From NCBI GenBank assembly GCA_034670305.1, contig JAXMNT010000026.1, forward strand, positions 32,001 through 96,000: 64,000 bases of DNA. The letters are read 5' to 3'. The DNA is from Deltaproteobacteria bacterium (GTDB lineage: Bacteria > Myxococcota_A > Polyangia > Polyangiales > Houyiibacteriaceae). Under the pieces are notes generated by a model. It made no database searches and was not told where the DNA came from. It saw only the letters and a program-made list of their open reading frames with translations. This document shows, piece after piece, positions 18,296 to 27,730 of this stretch (the stretch's first letter is position 1; each line of letters opens with the position of its first letter). The position numbers and the translations under genes are program-made.

Positions 18296-19047
18296 AGTTC
18301 GCGGCCTGGAGCATCGCCTCCGCCATGCCCATCGGCGTGCTCGCGATCGGCGCGGCGTTCGGCATGAATGACCCCTCGAGCTTCGCCTGGCTCCTGCTGC
18401 CCGCGCTGGTTGGCTGGGTGGCGATGGCGCGCCTGGTCCACCGGTTCGTGCAACCTTTCCCGCTCGACATCGGCTCCGACGGGATCGCGTGGAAGGACAT
18501 GCTCGGCAAGAAGATGTTCATCCGCCACCGCGACATCTTGACGGTCGACCTCGTCGAGTCGCCGTATTCGAAGTCCGACGCGAAGACCCACTTGGTGATC
18601 ACGAGCAAGGGACCGAGCGAGGTCTTCGCCGACGAACACGAGATCGAACTCGGGCCGGTCCCGGAGTCGCTGGGTGTGGTGGTGCGGGCACGCATCGCCG
18701 ACGCACTCGGAGACGAAGGCGACCCCCTGCCGCTCCTCGACCGCCGCGGGCAACCCACCGAGTCGTGGCGCAAGAAGCTGCGTGAGCTGATCGGCGAAGG
18801 GTACCGAGAGGCGCGCGTGCCGCGGGTGCGGGTGGTCTCGGTGCTCGAGGATCCCCACGCCTCGTCCGAGCGTCGGCTGGCCGCGGCGATCGCATTGGTC
18901 GAGTCGATGGACCCAGCGACACGGACCTTCGGCTCGAAACTCGCGAAGTCGATCGCGCGTTCGCTCGTCGATCCGGAGCTCGCGCACGCGCTCGAAGAAC
19001 TGGCCGACGGCAACCTCGGCGACGAGAAACTCGAAGCCGTCGCCTGA
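18292..19047 (+). CDS. Hypothetical membrane protein with a C-terminal helical (HEAT-like) region
   Basis: ATGA overlap, two TM segments, GSDGI, VLEDP.A..E.RLAAAIAL. Confidence 0.6.
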   Translation: MKFAAWSIASAMPIGVLAIGAAFGMNDPSSFAWLLLPALVGWVAMARLVHRFVQPFPLDIGSDGIAWKDMLGKKMFIRHRDILTVDLVESPYSKSDAKTHLVITSKGPSEVFADEHEIELGPVPESLGVVVRARIADALGDEGDPLPLLDRRGQPTESWRKKLRELIGEGYREARVPRVRVVSVLEDPHASSERRLAAAIALVESMDPATRTFGSKLAKSIARSLVDPELAHALEELADGNLGDEKLEAVA

Positions 19048-19048
19048 C

Positions 19049-20734
19049 GTGCGTAGGTCGACCGACGGGTGGGGGTGGACCGGCGCGCGCAGCGCGTGGG
19101 CACACGGTGCGCTTCTCTGCACGCTCGCCGCGTGCACTACGCCGGAGCCGTTGCCGCCGGTCGCGACCCACGTCGACGACTGGCGGGACGAGGTGCTCTA
19201 CCAGGTGGTCGTCGACCGGTTCGAGAACGGCGACCCTGGGAACGACGACCTCGATGGCGTCGGGGTCGGCGGGGCGCTCGAACGGCACCAAGGCGGCGAC
19301 TGGGCAGGGCTCGAAAGCCGCCTCGACTACATCCAGGGACTCGGCGCGACCGCGCTGTGGATCTCGCCGATCGTCGCGAACGTCGACCGCACCGAATCCG
19401 AAGACGGCTACCACGGCTACTGGGCGAGCGACTTCACCGAGCTGAACCCACGCTTCGGCGGCCCCGACGATCTGCGCCGGCTGGTCCGCGCCGCCCACGA
19501 CCGGTCGATGCTGGTCGTCGTCGACGTGGTGACGAACCACGCCGGCCGCGTGTTCGGCTACGACTTGGATCGCGACGGAGCGGTGAGCGAGGGCGAAGTC
19601 GAGCCGCCGTTCCTCGACGCGGGCTACGACGTGCCGCTCGTCTGGTCGCACCGGCCGAGGCTCTGGCGCGACGACGCACGGTGGACGCTCGAAGCGTCTC
19701 ACTTTCACCGGAGGGGCGACGGCAACCTCGGCGACCCGCACGAACGCGTCTTCGGCGACTTCCCCACCGGCCTGCGGGACCTCGACACCGAACAAGCCGA
19801 GCTGCGCGACGCACTCGTCGAGACCTACGCGCGCTGGGCGACCGAGTTCGACCTCGACGGGTTCCGCATCGACGCGGTGCCGCACGTGGAGACGGACTTC
19901 TGGGCGACCTTCGGACGCGAGATCCGGGCGCGGCTGTCGCGCGAAGGCAAAGACCGGTTCTTGCTGCTCGGTGAGGTCTTCAGCGGCGACCCCTCGGTGC
20001 TCGCGCGCTACTCGGATGACGAAGGCGCGCTCGACGGCGCGTTCGACTTCGCGCTCAAGTTCGGCGTGGTCGACGCGGTGCTGCTCGACGGCGGCGCGCC
20101 CGCCACCGCCCGCGGCATCCTGGAAGGATCGGGCGCGTACCGCCCCTTCGGCCAGCCGGGCGGCGTCGGCCTCTCGCCGTGGCAAGCGCGGGTGGCGATC
20201 GCGGACAACCACGACACCTGGCGCATCCGCGGCGAACTCGATCGCTTCGAGTCGGTCGCACTCGCGCTGCTCTTGGTGACCACCGTCGATGCGATCCCCT
20301 GCATCTACTACGGCACCGAACAGGCGTTCCGAGGCATGGGCGGCGCGGGCAGCCGCGAGCGCATGTGGGAGAGCGGCTTCCGGACCGACGGCGAGACCTA
20401 CCAGTGGCTGCATCGTTTGCTCGAGCTGCGGGCGTCGCGCGAAGTCCTGCGGCGCGGCTCTTTGACAGTGCGCTACGCGAGCGAGAACGACGGCTTCAGC
20501 GACGCGCCCGACGCGGGCCTGCTCGCCTACGAACGGGCGCTCGGCGACGAACGGATGTTGATCGTGCTCAACGCCCACGCGCTCCAGTCGTCGGCGGCGG
20601 TGGTGCCGTCTGGATTCGCGGCCGGCACGCGGCTCGTCGACGTGCTCGGCGGCGGCGAGGCGGAGGTCGGCGCGGGCGGCGCCATCTCGGTGGCACTCGG
20701 CCCGCGCGGCGCGGCGATGTACGAGCCGCGCTGA
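19049..20734 (+). CDS. GH13 alpha-amylase family lipoprotein
   Basis: Lipobox LAAC; YQVVVDRF, GYHGYW, DVVTNH, DGFRIDA, GEVF, DNHD, IYYGTEQ. Confidence 0.9.
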   Translation: MRRSTDGWGWTGARSAWAHGALLCTLAACTTPEPLPPVATHVDDWRDEVLYQVVVDRFENGDPGNDDLDGVGVGGALERHQGGDWAGLESRLDYIQGLGATALWISPIVANVDRTESEDGYHGYWASDFTELNPRFGGPDDLRRLVRAAHDRSMLVVVDVVTNHAGRVFGYDLDRDGAVSEGEVEPPFLDAGYDVPLVWSHRPRLWRDDARWTLEASHFHRRGDGNLGDPHERVFGDFPTGLRDLDTEQAELRDALVETYARWATEFDLDGFRIDAVPHVETDFWATFGREIRARLSREGKDRFLLLGEVFSGDPSVLARYSDDEGALDGAFDFALKFGVVDAVLLDGGAPATARGILEGSGAYRPFGQPGGVGLSPWQARVAIADNHDTWRIRGELDRFESVALALLLVTTVDAIPCIYYGTEQAFRGMGGAGSRERMWESGFRTDGETYQWLHRLLELRASREVLRRGSLTVRYASENDGFSDAPDAGLLAYERALGDERMLIVLNAHALQSSAAVVPSGFAAGTRLVDVLGGGEAEVGAGGAISVALGPRGAAMYEPR

Positions 20735-20737
20735 ACG

Positions 20738-21445
20738 CTAAAAGTGCTCCCAGGGCGCGGTGAAGTTCGTCCTCGTCTCCGCGGCCGGGGCTTCGTCGTC
20801 GGCGAAGAACTCATCGAGGTAAGGCGCGGAGAAGTACGCGGCGCCGGCGAAGGCCAGCACCAGCGGGACGCGGGCGAGCTGCGCGGAGGCAGAGGCGATC
20901 TCGCCGGCGTTGAAGCGGTCGACGGCGCGCAGGCCACCGAAGAAGTCGTAGATCATCAGCGCCGGCACGATGGCCGCGAGCTCCGGGTGGCCGAGGAGCG
21001 CTGCGCCGATGGCGTTGGCTTCGAGCGCGAGGATGAGCCATGCGGTGTGCATCTGGCGCGCGTAGAAGTGGCCGGAGCCGAAGGTGAGCACCAGCGACGC
21101 GAACGCGGCGATGCGTTTGAGCTTCTTGTCGGTGTAGCCCTCTTCGTCGTCGCCCGGACCGCCGCGGTAGGGACCGTCGACCGCGGGCGGCTTGGGATCG
21201 GCGATCGGCTCGAGGATCTCGTCGGCGTCTTCGAGCGACGTGAGGATCTCGCGCGCCGCCTCCAGATCGCTCTGCCGGACCTTGATCGAGATCTTCACGT
21301 AGCCGCCGATCATGCCGAGCATGTGGCGGTGTTCGAGGCCCGGGGTGGCGACGACGATGCCCGCGTCTTGCAGCAGTTCGCGGTGGACCTCCGCTTCCAT
21401 CGGGTCGTGCAGGGTCTCCAGCGTCACGAAGGAATCGTCGGTCAC
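20738..21445 (-). CDS. DUF2007-like N-terminal domain plus membrane domain
   Basis: DPMEAE..LL..AGI and V...D.E.AREIL, then TM helices with GSGHFY. Confidence 0.6.
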   Translation of the reverse strand: MTDDSFVTLETLHDPMEAEVHRELLQDAGIVVATPGLEHRHMLGMIGGYVKISIKVRQSDLEAAREILTSLEDADEILEPIADPKPPAVDGPYRGGPGDDEEGYTDKKLKRIAAFASLVLTFGSGHFYARQMHTAWLILALEANAIGAALLGHPELAAIVPALMIYDFFGGLRAVDRFNAGEIASASAQLARVPLVLAFAGAAYFSAPYLDEFFADDEAPAAETRTNFTAPWEHF

Positions 21446-21479
21446 ACCTTGAAGGTAGTGCCGCCCGGCAATCCGCGCT

Positions 21480-22559
21480 ATGGCGGCGGCCATGAGCAAG
21501 GCGGACGCTGCGGCGCAGGACGACGAAGTGGTGGAGAAGAAGGCCGTTGTGGCCGAAGTCGACGACACGCCGATGGCGCTGCTCGGCGCGCGCGCCGGCG
21601 TCGGAGGACTGCTCATGGGCCTGGCCAACCTGGTGCCTGGCATCAGCGGCGGCACCATGTTGCTCGCGTCCGGGATCTACCCACGCTTCATCAAAGCGGT
21701 GGCCGAGGTCTCGACCCTGAAGTTCCGCAAGCGGTCCATCTTCGTGCTCGGGGTGATCGTGGTGGCCGCGCTGTCGGCGATCGTGCTGCTCGCCGGCCCG
21801 GTGAAGTCGCTCGTCGTCTCTCACCGCTGGGTCATGTACAGCCTGTTCATCGGGCTGACCCTCGGTGGTGTCCCGGTGGTCTGGAAACTCGCCAAACCGG
21901 CGAGCTCCGCGACCTGGATCGGCGCCGTGCTCGGGTTCGTCCCGATGGCGGTGCTGGCGTACTTCCAGATGACCGGGTCCGATGGGGGCGCGGACAACGA
22001 AGGGTTCGTGATGATGTTCCTCGCCGGCGTGGCGGGGGCGAGCGCCATGATCCTGCCGGGGGTGAGCGGCGGCTACCTGCTCTTGGTCATGGGCGTCTAC
22101 GTCACGATCTTGGGCGCGGTCGATGCGTGCAAGGTCGCGGTCAAAGCCGGCGCGTGGGGCGATCTCGGCGACCCGTTTCTGAGCGTGGTGTTGCCGGTCG
22201 GCCTCGGCGTCGTGGTCGGCGTCTTGATCGTGAGCAACGGGCTCCAGTGGCTCTTGAAGAAGTACGAGAAGGTCACCCTCGGTGCGCTGCTCGGTTTGCT
22301 CGTCGGTGCGGTCGTTGGCTTGTGGCCGTTCCAGCGCGGCGTGGCGCCGGCCATCGGCGACCTGTTCAAGGGCCAGGTCGTCACCGCGGAATCGCTGACG
22401 GAGATCGCTCCGGAGAAATACCCGACCGAGTTCTTCACGCCGGACGGCGGACAGATCGCGACCGTGCTCGGTCTCGTGGTGGTGGGCTTTTTGGCCACGG
22501 CACTCGTGGCCAAACTCGGCGCCGGCAAAGACGACGCGAAGAAGGCCGCGAAGGCGTGA
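21480..22559 (+). CDS. DUF368 family membrane protein (putative undecaprenyl-phosphate translocase)
   Basis: MG.AN.VPGISGGT and AMILPGVSGG motifs, WPF, multiple TM helices. Confidence 0.9.
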   Translation: MAAAMSKADAAAQDDEVVEKKAVVAEVDDTPMALLGARAGVGGLLMGLANLVPGISGGTMLLASGIYPRFIKAVAEVSTLKFRKRSIFVLGVIVVAALSAIVLLAGPVKSLVVSHRWVMYSLFIGLTLGGVPVVWKLAKPASSATWIGAVLGFVPMAVLAYFQMTGSDGGADNEGFVMMFLAGVAGASAMILPGVSGGYLLLVMGVYVTILGAVDACKVAVKAGAWGDLGDPFLSVVLPVGLGVVVGVLIVSNGLQWLLKKYEKVTLGALLGLLVGAVVGLWPFQRGVAPAIGDLFKGQVVTAESLTEIAPEKYPTEFFTPDGGQIATVLGLVVVGFLATALVAKLGAGKDDAKKAAKA

Positions 22560-22562
22560 CCG

Positions 22563-23606
22563 TCACCGCGTGGTGAACGCGCGGACCTGAGCGCGCTGGG
22601 TTTCGGTCCACGCGCTGGCGCCGTCTTTCGCACGGGCCGACCAGAGCCACGCGCCGACGTAGCCGCGGTCTCGAATGTGTTCGAGGCGGCCGCGCAGGTA
22701 CTGGTTCGGGTCGTGGTCGGTGGGGAGTGGCCAGCGCATGTGCTGGAGGTGAAACCGCGGACCCTGCGCGGACGCGAACTCACCGACGACCGCGTTGGGG
22801 GTCGCGGCGCGCGGGAGGGTTCGGAGCAGCGGGGTCGGATAGTGGTGGATTTGCCAGAGGCCGCGCTCGACCACCCGGCGCGCTCCTGCGGTCAGCCAGT
22901 CCGGACAGCGCGCGAAGCCGACCGTGGGCGTGAAGCCGGCGTCGGCCACCCGCTGGCTGAGACCGACCAGCAACGCTTCGAGCCCCGGTCGCTCCACCCG
23001 ATCGCGCGTGCGGACCCACCGGCCGCCGACCCTTCGCACGTGCAGCGGGCCGCCCTTCACGATCCAGTCCGGTTCGTTGCAGATCTCGAAGGCGCGCACG
23101 TACTTCGGTCGGATGACCTCGAGCATCGGCGCGACGAGCGTGTCGAAGGTCTCGTCCGGATCCGATTGCAGCACGTGCCGCAGGCCGCCGGAGATCACGC
23201 CGCCGCTTCGGACGACCATCGGGAAGAACGCCTCGAACGAGACCAGCGAAGGCACGAGCTGCATGCCGGCGTTCGCGCAGGCGGTCTCGAGCTTCGCGAG
23301 ATCCGCGAGGAACGCATCGGTGGGCGGGACTGGACGGCCACGAAAGTGGCCCGCGTGCACCTTCCAGGTGGGCGCGCGCCCCACCGGGTAGTTCACCCCG
23401 CCGGCCAGAAGCCAGAAGCGCGCGACCTGGATCCCGTCGGCGCGCCACGAAGAGAGATCGCGTTCCAGTTCCCCGAAGTCCGTCCGGCGCGCGCCGGCCC
23501 ACGGGGGCGGCTTCTCACCGAAGTCGTGGCCACACGAGACCCAGGGAACCGAGAGACCGAGCTGCACCGCGGGAGCATAGTGCGATGTGTCAGTGCTGGG
23601 CTCCAC
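22563..23606 (-). CDS. Clan GH-A glycoside hydrolase (GH5 mannanase-like), no signal peptide
   Basis: G.S.PW..GHDFG, ARFWL, EICNEP (acid/base), VGEF (nucleophile), GY.GAW.WS; start uncertain. Confidence 0.6.
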   Translation of the reverse strand: MEPSTDTSHYAPAVQLGLSVPWVSCGHDFGEKPPPWAGARRTDFGELERDLSSWRADGIQVARFWLLAGGVNYPVGRAPTWKVHAGHFRGRPVPPTDAFLADLAKLETACANAGMQLVPSLVSFEAFFPMVVRSGGVISGGLRHVLQSDPDETFDTLVAPMLEVIRPKYVRAFEICNEPDWIVKGGPLHVRRVGGRWVRTRDRVERPGLEALLVGLSQRVADAGFTPTVGFARCPDWLTAGARRVVERGLWQIHHYPTPLLRTLPRAATPNAVVGEFASAQGPRFHLQHMRWPLPTDHDPNQYLRGRLEHIRDRGYVGAWLWSARAKDGASAWTETQRAQVRAFTTR

Positions 23607-23907
23607 GGAACGGCGAGGGAGACCTGGTGACCGGGGGACCGACCCATTGGTGGATGGTGGTGGACAGGAACGGCGCGAGGCCGACGCCGACGAACCCGAC
23701 GAGAACGACGCCGAGGCCAGGAGTCAGCGCCAGGCCCAAGGCTTCGAGGGAGAGGAGTCCGGCGCTGATCAGGAGCGACAAGCCGCCGAACCGCGACAAC
23801 CGCCGATCCTGGCTTCCATCGACCGGTCCTTGGAGTTCGTCCTCCTCCACCGTGCGTGTGTAGAGGATTGCGGCGACGAGCCAGACGATGGTCACGACTT
23901 CGGTCAT
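23590..23907 (-). CDS. Small hypothetical membrane protein
   Basis: ATG start and three hydrophobic segments. Confidence 0.5.
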   Translation of the reverse strand: MTEVVTIVWLVAAILYTRTVEEDELQGPVDGSQDRRLSRFGGLSLLISAGLLSLEALGLALTPGLGVVLVGFVGVGLAPFLSTTIHQWVGPPVTRSPSPFRGAQH

Positions 23908-24055
23908 GGGCTGGCTATGAGCACGAAGGGTGCCGGCGGTTGGCCTTGGTTTTTCCCGTCATGTGCATGGATCTTGCGGGAGAAAGCGGAGCGGTTTTCT
24001 TCGAGTTGTGGAAAAGTGCCCGATAGCAGGCAGGCTCTAGCCAACTCCCTGGCCC

Positions 24056-24417
24056 GCCGAAGCCGAAGCACGTCGCCGAGGCCGAAGCCGAGGCCGAAGC
24101 CGAAGCCGAATCCGAGGCCGAAGCCGAGGCCGAAGCCGAAGCCGAAGCCGAAGCCGAAGCCGAATCCGAAGCCGAGGCCGACGCCGAATCCGAGGCCGAA
24201 TCCGACGCCGGACAGCCGAAGCCGAGGCCGAAGCCGAGGCCGACGCCGAAGCCGACCCCGAATCCGAAGCCGAGGCCGAAGCCGAGGCCGACGCCGAAGC
24301 TGACCCCGAATCCGAGGCCGAAGCCGAATCCGAGGCCGAAGCCGAAGCCGAATCCGAAGCCGACGCCGAAGCCGAATCCGAGGCCGACGCCGTTTCCGCT
24401 TCTGCTTCTGCTTCTGA
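24056..24417 (-). repeat. Degenerate hexamer array (GCCGAN/TCCGAN on +, i.e. TCGGCN on -), about 55 units, plus a short TTCTGC run (array D)
   Basis: 6-nt period read directly, including a 48-nt higher-order duplication near 24216-24311. Confidence 0.95.
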
Positions 24418-24459
24418 CAAAGGGAGAGGGCGGCCCCCTCCGGAGAGGAGACCGCCCTC
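24418..24459 (-). terminator. Hairpin downstream of the flotillin gene
   Basis: GAGGGCGG (24426-24433) / CCGCCCTC (24452-24459) stem, followed on the minus strand by TCCCTTTG. Confidence 0.5.
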
Positions 24460-24506
24460 GCGGTTCGCTGGCGTTCATGCGCAGCGTTTGAGCAGCCTGG
24501 GTGACG

Positions 24507-26297
24507 TCAGGCGGCTTCTTGGTCGTCGTCGGACGAGGTGTCCGGAGGCGTGGTGTCGTTGCCGGCGGTGAGTTTCGCGGTGGCGGCGGAGGCGAGCGCC
24601 GAAGCACCCGCGCCCACCTTGCTCAGCACCCCGAGCGTGGTGTCGTCGGCCGCTTCGATGAAGCCGCCCACCGTGCGCGCCAGACTCTGGCCACGCACCA
24701 CCGACTCGAGGATCTTCGTCACGTCTTCCGGCGTGCCGTAGAGCGTCGCTTCCATCTTCTGGAAGAGCTTGGCGCTGGCTTCCGCCATGGCGATCTGCAC
24801 TTCCTTCTCGGCGGTGACCCGCAGCTTCGCGATCTCGAAGTCCTGCGCGACCTTGCCGTGCTCTTCCCGGGCCTCCAGCTCTGGCTTGACGACCGTCTCG
24901 ACGCGCTCGCGGTCCACTTCGACCTGCGCACGCTCCACCTCGACGGGCACCATGGCCTTCGCCTTCTCGCCGTCGGCCTTCTGCCGCTCGGCTTCCGCTT
25001 CCGCTTCGGCCCGCATCCGGATCGCTTCCGCTTCCGCGTTGGCGGCCTGGCGCATGGCTTCGGCTTGCTTCTGCTTGGCGTAGGCGGCCGCATCGGCCTT
25101 GCGCATCTCCGAGACGTACGCGGTCTCCGCTTGGGCCTGGGCTTCGATGACCGACTTCACGCGGGCGCGCTCGGCCTCCTCTTTCACCCGGACGGTCTCC
25201 ACCTTCTGGCGCGCGGTCTCCCGCTCCACTTCCGCATCGGCGAGGGCGCTCTCGGCGGCCGCACGAAGCGTCTCGGCTTCGGCGATCTTCCGGTCCTTCT
25301 CCCGCTCCGCGATCTGCGTAGCGCTCTGTTGCTCCCGGGCCGCGACTTCCAAGGCTTGGATCTTCCCGATCTCCGCCAGGTCGAGCTGCCTCTGCACGGC
25401 GATGCCCTTTTCGCGGGCTTCGAGCGTGCTCTGTTGTTCGGTCTTCTCGATCGCGGCCCGTTGACGGGCGCCCGCCTCTTTCTCTTGCCGCTCGAGTTCG
25501 AGCAGCTCCTGGGTGGTCACGACGTCCTGCTCCGCGCGGGCCCGCTCGCCTTCACGGACGAGGCGGTTGCGCTCGGTCAGGTTCTGCTGCGTGATCTCCG
25601 CGATCTTGCGGCGGCCTTGTGCGTCGAAGATGTTCGAGTCCTTGAGGAACTTCTCGTCCGTCTGGTCGAGGCGCGAGATGGTCACCGTCTCGAGAATCAG
25701 ACCGTTCGAGAGAAGATCGCCGGCGACGAACTTCATCACCTCCGCCAAGAAGTCGTCCCGCTCGCTGTTGAGCTGCTCGAGCGTCTTGCTCGCAGCGGCC
25801 GTGCGCAGCGCGCTGACCAACTTGTCCTCTACGAGACCCCGCACCGCTTGCGGGTCGCCCATGAGCTCCCCGAGGCTGCGCGACGCTTGGAGAATGCTCT
25901 CCCGCTCCGGCTGCACCCGCACGAAGAACTCCGCGTGCACATCGGCGCGCAGCTTGTCCTTGGTGATGAGCGCGTCCTGGTTGTCGCGCGTGACCTGCAG
26001 TTTCAGGGTCTGCAGACTGACCCGCAGAAGTTCATGCATGAAGGGGACGACGATCGCGCCTCCGTCTTGAATGACCTTCACCCCGCCCGCGCCAGTCCGC
26101 ACGAACGCTTCCGACGCCTTGGTGCGTTCGTAGAGTCGTGTGAAGAGCGTGAGCACGCCGCTGAGCACCACGCTCAGCCCTCCGACGATCATCATGATCG
26201 CGATGAGCCCGCCGCTGAGCGGGTGCCCGAGGGCCTCCGCTGCGAAGGGTCCGGCGAGCAGAAGCGCGCCGAAGAGGAAGAGGGTACCGATGGCCAT
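24507..26297 (-). CDS. Flotillin/SPFH-domain protein (YqiK-like)
   Basis: AAAGGAG RBS; AFVRTG.GG, ALITKDKLRADV.AEFFVRV, FDAQG; long AE-rich coiled coil. Confidence 0.9.
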   Translation of the reverse strand: MAIGTLFLFGALLLAGPFAAEALGHPLSGGLIAIMMIVGGLSVVLSGVLTLFTRLYERTKASEAFVRTGAGGVKVIQDGGAIVVPFMHELLRVSLQTLKLQVTRDNQDALITKDKLRADVHAEFFVRVQPERESILQASRSLGELMGDPQAVRGLVEDKLVSALRTAAASKTLEQLNSERDDFLAEVMKFVAGDLLSNGLILETVTISRLDQTDEKFLKDSNIFDAQGRRKIAEITQQNLTERNRLVREGERARAEQDVVTTQELLELERQEKEAGARQRAAIEKTEQQSTLEAREKGIAVQRQLDLAEIGKIQALEVAAREQQSATQIAEREKDRKIAEAETLRAAAESALADAEVERETARQKVETVRVKEEAERARVKSVIEAQAQAETAYVSEMRKADAAAYAKQKQAEAMRQAANAEAEAIRMRAEAEAEAERQKADGEKAKAMVPVEVERAQVEVDRERVETVVKPELEAREEHGKVAQDFEIAKLRVTAEKEVQIAMAEASAKLFQKMEATLYGTPEDVTKILESVVRGQSLARTVGGFIEAADDTTLGVLSKVGAGASALASAATAKLTAGNDTTPPDTSSDDDQEAA

Positions 26298-26455
26298 GTT
26301 GGTCTCCTTTCTGGGGACATTCGAGAACAGTCGGGCGATGCAGCCGGCCAAAGCCGCACCGCCCGGATGACCCGAGACGAACTCGGATCAACATCGGGGT
26401 CAGGTCAGGTCAGACAGAGGTCCCTGCGTCGCGAACGGCGCGGAACCAGAAGAGG

Positions 26456-27064
26456 TCATGCCTCGAGGCGGCTCACTGCGCGCGACTCGGGGCTCAGCGG
26501 GACGACCACATAGAGGCCGGAGTCGTCGTCGTAGTCGACGACCACCAAGCGCTCGCCCTTGTCGAGCGGTGCGTCTGCGCGGCATTGGATCTCGTGGAGC
26601 GTGCCGGCGTCGTCGTGGATCTGCGCCGCGCCGGAGTCTCCGCCGACCCGCATGCGCGCGACGCCGGCGCAGCCGACCAGTTGGTCCCGCGAGAGGGAGT
26701 AGCTCTCGCTGGTGGGCATCACGCGCCCAAGCAGCTGCCCGACGACGCCGGACAGGAGCGGCGCCACCGCGAGGGCGACGAACGCGGCCACGGTGACGCC
26801 GAGACTCGGCTTGAGGATCATGCCGAGGGCGCCGAACGAGAGCAGGCCCGCGCTGAGGATGGCGGACACCGGAGCCCGGCCGACCCCGAACCAGGAGAGC
26901 AGCGAGAGCCAGCCCCCGCCCCCGTTCCCCTCCCCGTCCGCATCGGCGTCGACGTCCACGTCGACGTCCACATCGACGTCGACGTCCACATCGCCGCCGC
27001 CCAGCACCGTGCCGATGCCCAGCACCAGGGCGAGAAGGATGGGAATGGCGAAGAGGAGGTTCAT
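26456..27064 (-). CDS. NfeD-like / YqiJ-like OB-fold membrane partner of flotillin
   Basis: TM helix, (DV)n acidic linker, G.GRAP, C-terminal OB-fold (LVG..G..LVVVDYD); directly upstream of the SPFH gene. Confidence 0.8.
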   Translation of the reverse strand: MNLLFAIPILLALVLGIGTVLGGGDVDVDVDVDVDVDVDADADGEGNGGGGWLSLLSWFGVGRAPVSAILSAGLLSFGALGMILKPSLGVTVAAFVALAVAPLLSGVVGQLLGRVMPTSESYSLSRDQLVGCAGVARMRVGGDSGAAQIHDDAGTLHEIQCRADAPLDKGERLVVVDYDDDSGLYVVVPLSPESRAVSRLEA

Positions 27065-27214
27065 GATGGGTAGCCTCTGAGCACGAACGATGCCGCGTCC
27101 GCGATCTCGATTTGTCCCGCAGATTCACGATTAGACACTCGACTGCTAGGTGCGGTTTTCATCACACATATGAAAATCGCCCGGAGATTGACGCCGGGCC
27201 GTGGTCGGTCGACG

Positions 27215-27730
27215 ATGCGCGCCGTGCCCGACACCCCAACCGAACCCGCACCCCACGGGGGCGCGCCTGCGACTGCGACCGACCACACGGAAGCCCCGCG
27301 CGGATCGGTCCTCAAACGCACGAACCGGCTGATCCTCGCGATCGTGGCGTTTCAGCTGCTCGTCCCGCTGACCTACTACATGCGCGACGACCCGTACGAC
27401 GAGCGGTTCGCTTGGCGCATGTTCTCGGCCGTCCGCTTGCACAACTGCCAGACCGAAGCGGTGGATCGCCGAGACGAAGGTGAAGCGCCGATCGCGCTCA
27501 CGAGCGTGATTCACCGCGCGTGGGTCAACCACCTGGGGCGCAATCGGGCCGAGGTCGTGCACGCGTTTCTGCGGCACCGGTGCGAGGTCGACGGAGTCGA
27601 TTCGGTGCAGGTGGTCAATCGGTGCGTGACACCCGACGGCACCGCGCTGCGGCCACAGGTGTACGTGCGCGAATGCGCCTCCGGTGAAGTGCAAGAGCCC
27701 GACGCGCTCATCGTGGAGGCCACGCGATGA
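27215..27730 (+). CDS. Membrane-anchored partner of the HTTM protein
   Basis: One TM helix (QLLVPL.YY) followed by ERFAWRMFS; ATGA overlap with the HTTM gene. Confidence 0.7.
   Translation: MRAVPDTPTEPAPHGGAPATATDHTEAPRGSVLKRTNRLILAIVAFQLLVPLTYYMRDDPYDERFAWRMFSAVRLHNCQTEAVDRRDEGEAPIALTSVIHRAWVNHLGRNRAEVVHAFLRHRCEVDGVDSVQVVNRCVTPDGTALRPQVYVRECASGEVQEPDALIVEATR

Noticed and set aside
24007-24015. DnaA-box match (TTTTCCACA on the minus strand)
   Set aside because: It is a single copy with no box cluster, AT-rich unwinding element or dnaA/dnaN context.
26940-26993. GACGTC/GATGTG hexamer run as another intergenic array
   Set aside because: It is coding: the (DV)n acidic linker usual in NfeD/YqiJ-type proteins.
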